From an uncultured Alphaproteobacteria bacterium (GTDB lineage Bacteria; Pseudomonadota; Alphaproteobacteria; RF32; CAG-239), in NCBI GenBank assembly GCA_944392265.1, contig CALXWC010000006.1, positions 133 through 64,132 on the forward strand: a DNA stretch of 64,000 bases, given 5' to 3'. Below the pieces are notes generated by a model. It searched no databases. It saw only the letters and a list, made by a program, of their open reading frames with translations, and was not told where the DNA came from. The stretch's first letter is position 1; every line of letters starts with the position of its first letter. Shown piece after piece: positions 48,754 to 59,628 of this stretch. The position numbers and the translations under genes are program-made.

Positions 48754-49542
48754 TTAGAAACCTAAATCCAAGTTATTCCATCCTTGGCTCTTTTTCTCTT
48801 TTTCTTTTGTTTCTTCTTTTTTCTTCTTGGTCATCCATACACCTTTGGCCTTTTCTTTTTCGCTGACCAATTCTTTTTGCTCTTTGGTTTGTGGAACACC
48901 TATCGGCAATAATTGGTTAAGTAAAGCCGGAGAAACAAAGTTTGTTTTATTTTTTTCAAAAGTATCGACCATAGCGTCAATCACTTGAGCTGCCGGACGA
49001 GCGTTAAAGACTTTAACTCCGTTTGGAGAATAAACAGCAAAAGAATAACAAGGAGCAGAGAGCATCACATCTGTCACATCCACACCACGAACAAAACGCA
49101 AAACTACACGAGGCTGCATCATACATTCTTCACGCACATTAAACAAAACATTTTTATCATCCATAAAAAGTTGAGACAAAACATTTTGCTTAATATCATC
49201 TTTAATCACACCGCAAAATGCCGTTAATGCCATACCATCAATGGTATAGCCTTCATAATCATCAGAGAGGACGCTAACTTCATAACAAAAAATCTGCTCA
49301 GCTTGGGCAATATTTTTCCAAGCTGTATTTCCAATAGCTTGTTTAATTTCCAACAAGATTTCTTTTTTAGGAGTATCTTTCTTTTCTTGACGGACCTCTT
49401 CCCTACGCCAAGATTCCTTATCTTGTTTAAAAGAAGTAATTCCATCTTCCGTATCAGTAAAAAAATCATCATTTCCCAAAGCATTAAACGGAAATGAGAA
49501 ACACAATAAAGAAAGTATAAAAATTTTTTTAATCATATTCAT
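48754..49542 (-). CDS. hypothetical secreted protein
   Basis: 262 aa with signal peptide MIKKIFILSLLCFSFPFNALG and a Lys/Glu-rich C-terminal tail. No family recognised. Confidence 0.55.
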   Translation of the reverse strand: MNMIKKIFILSLLCFSFPFNALGNDDFFTDTEDGITSFKQDKESWRREEVRQEKKDTPKKEILLEIKQAIGNTAWKNIAQAEQIFCYEVSVLSDDYEGYTIDGMALTAFCGVIKDDIKQNVLSQLFMDDKNVLFNVREECMMQPRVVLRFVRGVDVTDVMLSAPCYSFAVYSPNGVKVFNARPAAQVIDAMVDTFEKNKTNFVSPALLNQLLPIGVPQTKEQKELVSEKEKAKGVWMTKKKKEETKEKEKKSQGWNNLDLGF

Positions 49543-49763
49543 CTCCCAAAAGATGAGTCAATCATACAAACGAAGCAAAAATAAACCAAGTATTTTTTTT
49601 ATATAATATGAATGTATAATAAAATTAATAATAAATTATAAAATTTGCGCTAAATTTTGTTTCAAAAATGTGAAATTTTTATCAAAAAAGAGGATATCGT
49701 CTATAAAAGCTTGATTTTTTATGTTAAACTAATAAAAGATTAAACCAAAAGGTTGAGGTAAAA

Positions 49764-50531
49764 ATGTATATTTGGGTAATTTTGGCAACATTTATGCTGG
49801 CATTGTACTCTTTCAATTTATCGTATCGTTCAGATATCAGAGAAATTGAATTAGAGCCGCTTGCGCGTTCCTTAATTTCCAAAGTTCTTATAAAACAACA
49901 AGCCGGTGGGCAATATATAAAAGCACACACACCTCCGTATGCCAAAATTACAAATGAAGAGGGTATACCAGTTTCAGCCAGCAGCGTCACATATTCACCG
50001 GGAGTCCTAAGCATAGAACAATTTACACCCGAAAACGGAGGAAGTTATCTCCCCTATGGTTTTGTAGACGACGAAAACGTTATAACCGAAATTTATTGCA
50101 TTGATGAAGCAGGAACATCTTCTGTTCCATGTAGCGAAGAGAATTCTAAACCTTATTTACTGACATATACCGTTTTACCGCAAAAATGGTTAAGTATTAA
50201 AACAGGTGTTCCAAGTAATGACTTTTTAAATGCAATGAAAGATATGGTTGGCGATGATCCCGGATTTGGATATCCTATTTGCCTAAAATATATTGAAGGA
50301 GATTCTGAAGAGAAAAAATGTGACCAACTCGGATTAAGAAGCCGTACGGGAACATATAAGATTGGTTATGATGAAGACGGGAATTCACTCGTTAGTGAAG
50401 CTTTGGCTTTTGAAATACCTAAATATATTGCAAACAACGGGACATTTGCAGAAACTTGTAACAATTCCTCAAATAACGATATGTGCTTGGCATATATATA
50501 CAAAATAAGCATAAAAAAATATACGGAATAA
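49764..50531 (+). CDS. hypothetical membrane-anchored, Cys-containing protein (partner of the giant pilin-like protein)
   Basis: GAGGT RBS. It starts directly with the hydrophobic helix MYIWVILATFMLALYSF. Six Cys in the soluble part suggest an extracytoplasmic location. It ends 39 nt upstream of the next gene. Confidence 0.6.
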   Translation: MYIWVILATFMLALYSFNLSYRSDIREIELEPLARSLISKVLIKQQAGGQYIKAHTPPYAKITNEEGIPVSASSVTYSPGVLSIEQFTPENGGSYLPYGFVDDENVITEIYCIDEAGTSSVPCSEENSKPYLLTYTVLPQKWLSIKTGVPSNDFLNAMKDMVGDDPGFGYPICLKYIEGDSEEKKCDQLGLRSRTGTYKIGYDEDGNSLVSEALAFEIPKYIANNGTFAETCNNSSNNDMCLAYIYKISIKKYTE

Positions 50532-50570
50532 TTTTTATAGGAAGACAAAAGATATTTAAGGAGAAAACCG

Positions 50571-53500
50571 ATGTTAAAAGAAATTAATAAGTTAAGATCA
50601 CAAAGAGGCAGCCTGATGGTTGAAGCTTTGGCAATGCTTGGATTAATTTCCATGGTAACTCCTGTTGTATATAAAAAAGCGGCCGAACGCACAAATGAAA
50701 TGCAAGATATTAACGCAGCAAGCCAAGTCCGAACCGTTGTTAACGGAATTGATGCCTATTTAAGAGATAACTACTCTGTTATCACCAGCGGAGGAACCGT
50801 AACCTCTAATTCCGCGTCTGAATCCTATAAAGAAGTAAACTATGCTGATTTTGGCTTTAATGATAGTTCTACAGAAACCAAGACATCAGCTCCGATTAAT
50901 ATTGAACACTTTAGAGATTATTTGCCAATTGGTTTCCAAAACCAAGGTAAAATATTTAAAGATTTACAAGTTGTAATTAAAGAAACAAAAGACCCTGAAG
51001 GTACAAGAAAAGCACTTACAACCATTCTTGTTGCCCACCCCAAAGATGGTGGACAAGGCTTCACAAAAATCAGAACATCTCGTATTGCATCCATGATTGG
51101 AACAAACGGTGGTTATGTTGACGGAGACAAAGCAACCGGTGTACAAGGTGTTTGGCAAATTCCGACAGATGAATTTCCAGATGAAATTAAAAACAATTTA
51201 AAAGACGGAACTATTGTTGCTACATCTCTTGAATCTGTAGCAGATGGCACGGGAGGAGGAACCAACGTATTATACCGTGTTGCTATGCCTGGTCGTGAAG
51301 ATTTAAACATGATGGAAACCACATTAAACATGGGTGGAAAGAACATTTCTAACATTACCAATTTAATTGCGGATACTCAAAATAATACAGTTAATATCAA
51401 GGGAAACGCAGATACAGAAACAACTCTTAATGTTACTGGTGATGGTGTATTTTCTTCTAGCTTAAAAGCTGCCAGAGAAAACTTCTTAGCAGAAGAAGGG
51501 TATACTCAAATTAAACAAAAACTTTACGTTGGTGACAGTATAGAAGATTCTTCAGCAAAATTCATGGTAGATGGCAACACAGGAAGCATAAGTGCTCTTG
51601 GAGGAAATTTATATGCCGGATATTATAACGGTAACCCATATCTGCGCTTTGGATCAAACGCCTCTCCTCGATTACTCAAAGTAGATGAAAGCCAAGCTTC
51701 GTTTATGGAAGATAAAGTTACGATAGATGCTGCCGGCAATACAGACATTGTCGGAGATACGAGTATTGATGGTACTTTAGCAGCTGTCCAATCTGGTGGT
51801 GAAAATAAATATGCATTTACAACAGACGCTGAAGAAGCTCAATTCTATGATGAAACACTTCATGTATTAAAAGATGCCAGAAGAGTAGATATAGGTAATG
51901 AAGGAAATCCAGCAAATTTAAGAGTATACGGAGAAACTATACTCAATGATTTAACCGTAGAACAAGACTTTAAAGCGGGACATGTTGCAGGTACAAGTGA
52001 CTACGGACTCAATGTAAATGGCGGCACAGGAAATGTCTTAATCAAAAAAGATTTAGAGGTTAACGGTAGTGGTACATTTAACGACTTGTTTTTTGTAAGA
52101 GATCAAGGCGGTAACGATGTATTAACAGTTAATAGCGCAGCAAATGGAAAAACCTATATTAAAGAATTAGCTGTCGGTAACAGTTCTGCAAACAATTATC
52201 AAGGCGGCACAGATAGAGGCACACACATATCCCTCTCTGGTCAAAAAACGATTCTAGCTGGAGGAGATGAATTCACAATTGGAACGACCGGTGGCGGAAT
52301 CAAAATAAAAGCAGAAGATCAAAAGCTTTCACTTGGAAGTGGCGTTCGAACAGATCAAGACAAAAACGAGTTGGTAATCACTTCTAACCAAGCTCAACTA
52401 AATAGTGCTCTAAGAATTAGGACTGATGATCAAGGAGCTGGTATCTTAGCCATAAACAATGAAACAGACTCCAGTAAATTTTATCAGGATAAAGATGGCT
52501 ATACAATGTCAACTTCAGATTACCCTATTTACATTCGTAAAGGTGCTATTGAGATTATGCCAAATGAAGGAACAGGAACTTCCTCTGATTCAGAAAGATT
52601 TGGCTATATCAAAGCCGATCGTTTTGTCAGCAATAACAGATTCGTCGGTTCAGGCAACAACGCTCAATTTCCAGACGGAACCGCTAGCATAGATGGTAAT
52701 ACGGTTAGTAACCCATATACATATGAGGTAAATCCGGCATATACATCAATGATGAATGATATTAAGTTATCTTCACGCGGCGGCGCACGCTTAAGCGATA
52801 TATTACCAGACTTTATCAACAAAGGTATCTACGTTCTGGATAATACTTACGAAGGAAACAGCGACTGGGAAACAGCACAATTTAAGAGTGACGGCGTACT
52901 TCAAGGGTTAAGTGATTGCTCTGATGTCAACTGTGATACTTCTCCTTGGTTAGGTTTTATTCCTACCCCTCATTGTCCGCCAAACTATGCTGCTGTGGCT
53001 ACAATTACACCGATTCGCTTTAATATGGCGCAAGCAGGTATTGCTATTCAAGGCGATGGAACATTCCCTGGAGGATCATCACCAAGAGTTACGATTGCTC
53101 AAACCAACAACCCAAAAAATGCGGAATTAAAAATCAGTGAAAACGGTGGTACTGCGGTTGATAGCTATCTTCCTTTTGCCTATATAACAGATAACAGTCA
53201 GGACCCGAAAAATTCATACAGCATTGCTGGAAGCGGTATGCAGTCTCCTACATATTGGGTAAATTTTGTCAATCACCCATATAACTTCCAAATTAACACA
53301 TGGCTGAACACAACCATAAAAAAATATTACCAAGATTCTAAATTCCAAGGATGGCATGGTATTATGGGCTTTATTTATCCGGCTCAACAATATGCAGAAA
53401 TTCAAGGAAAATCTCAGAGTGATTATAAATCAGATGATATTATTTGGAACCTATTTCCGGTTCGTCCGCAAGAGCTCTCTGCAATTGCAACAATATACTG

Positions 53501-53654
53501 CTACTTTGATAGAGAACAATACAGCACACCTATGGTTGATCCTTATTTACCACACAATGCCGCAATTGGTTCTATCAGATACGGACATGACGCACAAAAT
53601 TCTAAATCTGTGAACTACAATGATCCGACATTAAACTATGACAACCAATGGTAA
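50571..53654 (+). CDS. giant (1027 aa) protein with type IV prepilin-like N-terminal signal and repetitive solenoid-like body
   Basis: AGGAG RBS. The N-terminus is MLKEINKLRSQRG/SLMVEALAMLGLISMVTPVVY: a basic leader, Gly at -1, Glu at +5, then a hydrophobic helix. The G/N/T/D-rich body has recurring N-x-x-[IV]-x-G...[IL]-x-[VG] strands. All four Cys lie in the last ~270 aa. A strong terminator follows. Confidence 0.6.
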   Translation: MLKEINKLRSQRGSLMVEALAMLGLISMVTPVVYKKAAERTNEMQDINAASQVRTVVNGIDAYLRDNYSVITSGGTVTSNSASESYKEVNYADFGFNDSSTETKTSAPINIEHFRDYLPIGFQNQGKIFKDLQVVIKETKDPEGTRKALTTILVAHPKDGGQGFTKIRTSRIASMIGTNGGYVDGDKATGVQGVWQIPTDEFPDEIKNNLKDGTIVATSLESVADGTGGGTNVLYRVAMPGREDLNMMETTLNMGGKNISNITNLIADTQNNTVNIKGNADTETTLNVTGDGVFSSSLKAARENFLAEEGYTQIKQKLYVGDSIEDSSAKFMVDGNTGSISALGGNLYAGYYNGNPYLRFGSNASPRLLKVDESQASFMEDKVTIDAAGNTDIVGDTSIDGTLAAVQSGGENKYAFTTDAEEAQFYDETLHVLKDARRVDIGNEGNPANLRVYGETILNDLTVEQDFKAGHVAGTSDYGLNVNGGTGNVLIKKDLEVNGSGTFNDLFFVRDQGGNDVLTVNSAANGKTYIKELAVGNSSANNYQGGTDRGTHISLSGQKTILAGGDEFTIGTTGGGIKIKAEDQKLSLGSGVRTDQDKNELVITSNQAQLNSALRIRTDDQGAGILAINNETDSSKFYQDKDGYTMSTSDYPIYIRKGAIEIMPNEGTGTSSDSERFGYIKADRFVSNNRFVGSGNNAQFPDGTASIDGNTVSNPYTYEVNPAYTSMMNDIKLSSRGGARLSDILPDFINKGIYVLDNTYEGNSDWETAQFKSDGVLQGLSDCSDVNCDTSPWLGFIPTPHCPPNYAAVATITPIRFNMAQAGIAIQGDGTFPGGSSPRVTIAQTNNPKNAELKISENGGTAVDSYLPFAYITDNSQDPKNSYSIAGSGMQSPTYWVNFVNHPYNFQINTWLNTTIKKYYQDSKFQGWHGIMGFIYPAQQYAEIQGKSQSDYKSDDIIWNLFPVRPQELSAIATIYCYFDREQYSTPMVDPYLPHNAAIGSIRYGHDAQNSKSVNYNDPTLNYDNQW

Positions 53655-53663
53655 GTCTGATTA

Positions 53664-53710
53664 CTCACAAAAAAAAGAACCGATGAAATGTCGGTTCTTT
53701 TTTTTGTGAG
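53664..53710 (+). terminator. rho-independent terminator
   Basis: A perfect 20-bp inverted repeat, CTCACAAAAAAAAGAACCGAtgaaatgTCGGTTCTTTTTTTTGTGAG. Confidence 0.85.
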
Positions 53711-53814
53711 ATATATGTATAAAAACTCAAAAATTAAGTTTTATTTAGAAAATAAATAATATATTATCCTTAGAGGATTAATCTATTTATATCAGAAGAC
53801 TTCTGGGGTACTCT

Positions 53815-54336
53815 ATGGCTGACTTGGACGACTTTGACGCATTTGAAGAAGAGGAAGAACAATCATCAAATATTAATAAAAAGAAGATTGTTATTTTTCT
53901 TTTGCCTATTTTAATTGCCATCGGCATTGCTGTTGGAATGTATCATACATTTGGAACTTCGGACCAAAATCAAGAAGGCCGCCCCTATAAAATATTAAAT
54001 GAGACAGAAAACACACAGCAACCCCTAATTTTTTACGATTTACCCGAAATCAATACCCCACTAAAAAAGACTTCGGAAGCAAATGAAGTTTTACGCTTAA
54101 ATATGGCAATAGAGCTGACCAATCGTGAAGATATTCCAAAGATAGAAATTTTACTGCCCCGCTTTTACGATATCATTTTGGCGCATATAAACGGATTAAC
54201 GAATGCCGAAATTTCTGGTACGGAAGGCATGTACTGGTTAAAGCAAGAATTGTTATATCGATTGCGTTTAGCAGCAGCACCCATCAACATTGCTGACATT
54301 GATATAAAAAGTATAGAGATTCAAAAGAACATCTAA
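53815..54336 (+). CDS. fliL: flagellar basal body-associated protein FliL
   Basis: Acidic N-terminus, a single TM (IVIFLLPILIAIGIAVG) and a C-terminal FliL-like region (VLRLNMAIEL..ILLPRFYDIIL..LKQELLYRL). Upstream of fliM. Confidence 0.75.
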   Translation: MADLDDFDAFEEEEEQSSNINKKKIVIFLLPILIAIGIAVGMYHTFGTSDQNQEGRPYKILNETENTQQPLIFYDLPEINTPLKKTSEANEVLRLNMAIELTNREDIPKIEILLPRFYDIILAHINGLTNAEISGTEGMYWLKQELLYRLRLAAAPINIADIDIKSIEIQKNI

Positions 54337-54337
54337 G

Positions 54338-55420
54338 TTGGATAAGGAAAGAAAAGTGGCTGAAGAAAACAACAAATCAAAATCACCAAACAACAATTGG
54401 GCTGATAAGATAGAAATACAGGAAGATACCTCTTTTTCAGACGAAGATGGCGGAAAAATTTTAAATCAAGAAGAAATTGATTCTCTTCTGGGCTACCATT
54501 CAGATGAAAATGACGAAAATGGTCTGCATGCTGTTAGAACAGGTGTTCATGCAATTTTAAACAGCAGTTCTGTTTCTTATGAACGCTTGCCAATGTTAGA
54601 AATTGTATTTGACCGCCTCATTCGTCTAATGGCCACTTCTCTTAGAAACTTTACCCAAGATAACGTGGAAGTTTCTTTGGAATCAATTGAATCGATGCGT
54701 TTTGGAGAATATTTAGACGCGCTCACACTTCCAACATTGTTAACCGTATTCAAAGCGGAAGAATGGGATAACTATGGTCTGATTTCTTTAGACAGTTCTT
54801 TGGTATATTCAATCGTTGACGTTCTGTTAGGTGGAAGACGAGGTACGGCGGCCATGCGCATAGAAGGTCGTCCTTATACCACAATTGAATTAAACTTGGT
54901 AAAAGATATGCTTCAATTGGTCTTAAATGATTTATCAACAGCCTTTGACCCTATCACATCTGTTAACTTCTCCTACGATAGGACAGAGACCAACCCCAGA
55001 TTTGCCACCATTTCACGCCTATCTAACGCTGTTATTGTTGCACGCTTACGTGTAGATATGGAAGATCGCGGCGGAAAAATAGACTTAATGATTCCTTATG
55101 CAACGCTAGAACCCGTAAGAGAATTGTTGCTCCAAATGTTTATGGGAGAAAGATTCGGTCGAGACGCCATTTGGGAAAACCATTTAATGGAACAATTATG
55201 GGAAACCGACGTTGAATTAAGGGCGGTTATGAAAGACGTTGAAGTTAAGTTTGGTGAAATTTCTTCATGGAAAGAAGGATCTTTTCTACCTTTAGAGATG
55301 TTACCCAATGATGATATATCTCTTTTGTGCGGTGATGTTCCTCTGCTTGTCGGTTCAATGGGCCGAAAAGGAGACAAGGTCGTTGTCAAAGTAAAAGGAA
55401 AGGCTGAAAAAAATGGATAA
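54338..55420 (+). CDS. fliM: flagellar motor switch protein FliM
   Basis: N-terminal LNQEEIDSLLG (CheY-P binding-type motif), a middle domain (EIVFDRLIRLMATSLRNF) and a C-terminal SpoA-like segment. TTG start. Confidence 0.85.
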   Translation: MDKERKVAEENNKSKSPNNNWADKIEIQEDTSFSDEDGGKILNQEEIDSLLGYHSDENDENGLHAVRTGVHAILNSSSVSYERLPMLEIVFDRLIRLMATSLRNFTQDNVEVSLESIESMRFGEYLDALTLPTLLTVFKAEEWDNYGLISLDSSLVYSIVDVLLGGRRGTAAMRIEGRPYTTIELNLVKDMLQLVLNDLSTAFDPITSVNFSYDRTETNPRFATISRLSNAVIVARLRVDMEDRGGKIDLMIPYATLEPVRELLLQMFMGERFGRDAIWENHLMEQLWETDVELRAVMKDVEVKFGEISSWKEGSFLPLEMLPNDDISLLCGDVPLLVGSMGRKGDKVVVKVKGKAEKNG

Positions 55421-55853
55421 TTTAGATTTATTCATCAATTTGGTTGTTATAGCATTATTAATTCCGACAATTATCTACGTTTATCAGTTAGATAAAAACC
55501 TAAATTTAATGCGCGAAAATCAAAGTGAATTATTCAAATTGATTGAAGCTTTGAATGAAGCCACTTACAAAGCTGAAAACAGCATTCCGAAATTAAAAAC
55601 CGTTACGGAAAAATCAAGTAACAACTTAAAAGAAGTTGTCGACAGCGCCAAAGAATTAAAAAATGATTTGATGTTTATTAATGAACGTGCAGACAATTTG
55701 GCAGACAGATTGGAAGGCGCCATCAAAAACAGCCGTCAAATCAAAGAAGATACGACAAACATAAATTCTGTTGCAGAAAAAAAGAATGATATTTTAGACG
55801 AGCGTTCCGAAGCAGAAATGGAACTCTTAAAAGCTCTTCGTTCTATAAAATAA
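55413..55853 (+). CDS. hypothetical flagellar-cluster protein (N-terminal TM plus coiled coil)
   Basis: 146 aa. Overlaps the fliM end by 8 nt. One TM helix followed by a coiled-coil-like sequence. Possibly the DUF6468-type protein seen in alphaproteobacterial flagellar loci (from memory, unverified). Confidence 0.5.
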   Translation: MDNLDLFINLVVIALLIPTIIYVYQLDKNLNLMRENQSELFKLIEALNEATYKAENSIPKLKTVTEKSSNNLKEVVDSAKELKNDLMFINERADNLADRLEGAIKNSRQIKEDTTNINSVAEKKNDILDERSEAEMELLKALRSIK

Positions 55854-55869
55854 AAAGGATAAAGGCAAA

Positions 55870-56520
55870 ATGAATATAAAAAAATCTAAATTTAAGGTTC
55901 GTTTACTCCCCTTATTTATTTTTGTGGGAGTGTTATCTTTATCCATCAAAATCAATTATGTATACAACACCATTATCAATCGAGAATTACCAAAAATCAG
56001 TATTTCTCAAAACAAAGCATTGGCTGAAGAAAAAGAAAAAGCAGAGACACAACAACTCAACAACATCTTAAACGGCAATGCTCAAAATGTTAATACAGGA
56101 AGCTTTCAAAACAATTCTGCTTTCACACAATCAGAAATCAACATTTTGCAAGAATTAGCCGAAAGAAGAGAAGCTCTCGATGTTCGTTCTGAAGAAATTG
56201 ATAAAAAAGCTTTGCAGTTAAAAGTGGCTGAAAGTGAAATAGATAAAAAACTTGCTCAATTAAAAGTCTATGAAGAAAAATTGCAAAAACTCATCAATCA
56301 ATATAACGAACAAGAAAGAGCCCAATTGGCAACTTTGGTAAAAATGTATTCAACAATGAAACCCAAAGATGCAGCTCGCATATTTAATACATTTGAAATA
56401 GATATTTTGGTTGCCATTTTAAGAGAAATGAAACCAAGCTCATCTTCAGCTATTTTATCCCAAATGGATTCGATTAAAGCAAGAGAAGTAACGACAGCAT
56501 TAATCGGTAAAAACGTATAG
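55870..56520 (+). CDS. MotE-like / MgtE_N-type flagellar protein
   Basis: N-terminal anchor, a coiled coil, and a C-terminal MKPKDAARIFNTFEIDILVAILREMKPSSSSAILSQMD resembling the MgtE intracellular N-domain motif of MotE/FlbB-type proteins. Confidence 0.55.
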   Translation: MNIKKSKFKVRLLPLFIFVGVLSLSIKINYVYNTIINRELPKISISQNKALAEEKEKAETQQLNNILNGNAQNVNTGSFQNNSAFTQSEINILQELAERREALDVRSEEIDKKALQLKVAESEIDKKLAQLKVYEEKLQKLINQYNEQERAQLATLVKMYSTMKPKDAARIFNTFEIDILVAILREMKPSSSSAILSQMDSIKAREVTTALIGKNV

Positions 56521-56528
56521 AGGTTTCT

Positions 56529-59500
56529 GTGGTTATTAAGTTGAAAAATAAATATATTTATTATCTTTGGATAAGCTTGTTGCTTATCCTTAGCATTTGT
56601 TTTTCATCAATGGAAGTCTCAGCAAAACTTCTTCAAATTAATAATTACGGCAATAAAAAGATTATGGTATTGGATATAAAAGACGATACTGATTACAGCG
56701 TAAATATTAAGGATAATTTATTGAACTTAAACTTACCTAACGGCGCTGAAAATATTTATAATAATTTAAATGCTGATTTTGTTTTGGATAAAAAACTCTC
56801 TCAAAACAAAAAAGAGCTTATAATCACACTTGATAACTATTATACCGTTAAGACCAAAAACCAAGACGGATACTTAATTTTAGAGTTAAATCGTATCAAT
56901 ACCCCAAAAGCACCGATAAAAAGCATAAACAAAATCTTTGCTGATTGTATTATCACGGATAAAGAAACGACCGTTGTATTTCAATACAAAGAAAAACCTA
57001 GATACTCCGTTATTTCAGAAAAAGACGCCACAATTGTTTCTTTCTTAAGCAATATAAACCTCCAAGCTCCGAATTTGGGTAAATGCTTTAGTAAAAAAAT
57101 TGAAAAGAGCCCTAATAAATTTGGCGGCTTAGATATCAGATTGCCCAACACATTAATAAAATCGGATGAAATGAACAATCAATTACGTCTGCAATTTGCC
57201 CTTGGCTCACAACCGTTGCCTAATGCAAACAACACGCCGATAAAAACTTTACCTCGTGACAATGAGTTAAATACCTCAAAAAAAGATGAAGTCATCAGCT
57301 TGGCTTTTCCTTGGAACAATGAAGTGGGTTTGAGTGTTTTCACCAGAGGAAAATATATTTGGGTTGCATTCGACCATGTAAGAAAATTAGACATTGAAGA
57401 CCTCAAACGTCAAAGCAACTTATTGGTTCAAGATATCATCCAGCTACCTTCGACCAAAGCCACAATTTTAAGGATAACTCCAAGAAAAGATGTTAAAATC
57501 GGTTTACGTCAAGAGGGTTTACTCTGGATTATCGATTTGTATACGCACGATATTGAATATCAAACCAATGAACTTCCCGTATTTGTTCAATATGACAGTA
57601 TGAAACAATCATATCTTTATATTCCGACCACGACGGGAGGAAATGTTATTTCCATCATAGACCCAGAAATCGGTGATGTTATTTTAATGGGAACCAACAC
57701 CGCCATAAAAGAAGCTATCAATGAAGATTATAAATATCAAGATTTTGAAATATTAAAATCTAAACAAGGTTTTGCACTCGTACCAAATGCTTCTGATGTT
57801 ACCTTAACCAGAGGCATCAGCGGATTTAGTATTAAGGGTGAAAAAAGAGGATTAAACATATCTGACAATTTAGATTCTCTTAAAAGGCAACAAAGTCTTA
57901 AGCTTGAAGCCAGCGCAGACGTCTTTGGCCTCAAACTTCCGGAACAATTATTTAATATGACCTTTACGGAAGCACAACAACAATTGCAAGAAGATATCAA
58001 AAAATCTAAAGGTGCGGCAAAAATTGAAGCAAAATTAAGACTGGCCAAATATTATTTAGGCATGGGACTTGGCACGGAAGCTTTAAGAGAGCTTGAAGAA
58101 ATAAAAGACAAAATAAAACCTGAAACATATTTTGCATTAACCGGTATCGGAAACTTTTTGTTGCGTCGCTATGATCAAGCTATGGATGATTTTTCTCAAC
58201 AAGGTTTGGAAAATAACAATCAAGCTGTATTTTGGCGTGTTTTGGCCTCTTCTGCATTAAATTATAAGCAAGAAAACAATATCATTTTATTATCTTTTAT
58301 ATCTGTTATCAGAGATTATCCGCAAGAATTAAAAGAGCGCATTGCCTTGGTGGCCGCTGAAACAGCCATAAAATCTTATGATGATATATCTACACAAAAC
58401 TTTATGGATATTTTGAAAAATTCAAAAGATAAAGAAGCCAGAAAATCTCATATTTTGTATTTGAACGCTCAAAAATTTAATGCGCAAGGATACCCAAACA
58501 ATGCAATGAGAGAATATTCAGCTGCACTTTTGTATAAATCTCAAAAGTACAATGCATTAGCGCGCTATGAAAAAGTAAATTTAGCCCTTAAACTCAACAC
58601 CATTTCTTACAGCAATGCAATTGCAGAAATGCAAAAATTGCGTTTTGCATGGGGTGAGCCCAAGTTTAAATTAATGCTACTCAACAAATTAGCCGAAGTT
58701 TATGTCTTGAACAAAGAATACAACAAAGCTCTTGCTGCATATCAAGAAAGCTTAAATTTAGCATCAAGCAATCAAGATGAAGCTATTTTAGATAAAATGG
58801 TGAAGTTGTTTGAAGATATATATATGAATAACCGTGCAGATGAAATGCCTCCATTAAAAGCCATTGCTTTGTATAAAGATTATGAATGGCTTGGCCCAAG
58901 AAGCAAATATTATACCGAAATTGCGCAAAAAGTTGCAGACAGAATGGTTGCATCAGACTTACTTGAAAGCGCCGCTAATATCTTAAAAGAGCAATTACGA
59001 TTAATCAATTTGGATAATGAACAAAAAGCCCAAATTGGAGCCAGACTTGCCCTCATTTACCTTTTTGAGGATGACAATATGGCCGCATTAAAAATTTTAG
59101 ACAACACGGATGCTCAAGATATTTCAGCCAATCAGCAAAAATATCGCAAGATAATAAAAGCACAAGCCTTATCTAATATGAAAAGAACAGATGAAGCTCT
59201 GGATTTGTTAAAAGATGATACCAGTAAAAATGCCTTGTTGCTAAAAACAGAAATATATTGGAAATCTGAACAATGGAGCAAAGCTGCAGATACTATTAAA
59301 TTCTTGATAGAAAAGCCTAAAAAAGGTCAAAAACTTTCTCAAGAACAGATTAATTATATTTTAGATTGGATTTTAGCATTGAAAAAATCCGGTAAGAACA
59401 CTGTGGTTTACAGAATAAGAAACACATTCTTGCCATATTTCAAAGACACCAAACAATATGCAACATTCAATGTCTTAACATCTAATCTTGAGACCAATCG

Positions 59501-59627
59501 TGTGGATATGCAAGCAATCAATCAAGCTGTTGAAAGCATCTCTGCATATAGCGATTTTTCAAAAATCTATAATGATAATTTGCTTAACCAAATTCCCAAG
59601 CAAGTTCCTCTAAAACAGGACAACTAA
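56529..59627 (+). CDS. large (1032 aa) secreted or anchored protein with TPR-like C-terminal half, flagellar-cluster associated
   Basis: GTG start. N-terminal hydrophobic segment [20 protein letters not shown]. The C-terminal half has repeated helical A/Y/L-rich motifs ([33 protein letters not shown]) suggestive of TPR. Confidence 0.55.
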   Translation: MVIKLKNKYIYYLWISLLLILSICFSSMEVSAKLLQINNYGNKKIMVLDIKDDTDYSVNIKDNLLNLNLPNGAENIYNNLNADFVLDKKLSQNKKELIITLDNYYTVKTKNQDGYLILELNRINTPKAPIKSINKIFADCIITDKETTVVFQYKEKPRYSVISEKDATIVSFLSNINLQAPNLGKCFSKKIEKSPNKFGGLDIRLPNTLIKSDEMNNQLRLQFALGSQPLPNANNTPIKTLPRDNELNTSKKDEVISLAFPWNNEVGLSVFTRGKYIWVAFDHVRKLDIEDLKRQSNLLVQDIIQLPSTKATILRITPRKDVKIGLRQEGLLWIIDLYTHDIEYQTNELPVFVQYDSMKQSYLYIPTTTGGNVISIIDPEIGDVILMGTNTAIKEAINEDYKYQDFEILKSKQGFALVPNASDVTLTRGISGFSIKGEKRGLNISDNLDSLKRQQSLKLEASADVFGLKLPEQLFNMTFTEAQQQLQEDIKKSKGAAKIEAKLRLAKYYLGMGLGTEALRELEEIKDKIKPETYFALTGIGNFLLRRYDQAMDDFSQQGLENNNQAVFWRVLASSALNYKQENNIILLSFISVIRDYPQELKERIALVAAETAIKSYDDISTQNFMDILKNSKDKEARKSHILYLNAQKFNAQGYPNNAMREYSAALLYKSQKYNALARYEKVNLALKLNTISYSNAIAEMQKLRFAWGEPKFKLMLLNKLAEVYVLNKEYNKALAAYQESLNLASSNQDEAILDKMVKLFEDIYMNNRADEMPPLKAIALYKDYEWLGPRSKYYTEIAQKVADRMVASDLLESAANILKEQLRLINLDNEQKAQIGARLALIYLFEDDNMAALKILDNTDAQDISANQQKYRKIIKAQALSNMKRTDEALDLLKDDTSKNALLLKTEIYWKSEQWSKAADTIKFLIEKPKKGQKLSQEQINYILDWILALKKSGKNTVVYRIRNTFLPYFKDTKQYATFNVLTSNLETNRVDMQAINQAVESISAYSDFSKIYNDNLLNQIPKQVPLKQDN

Positions 59628-59628
59628 G

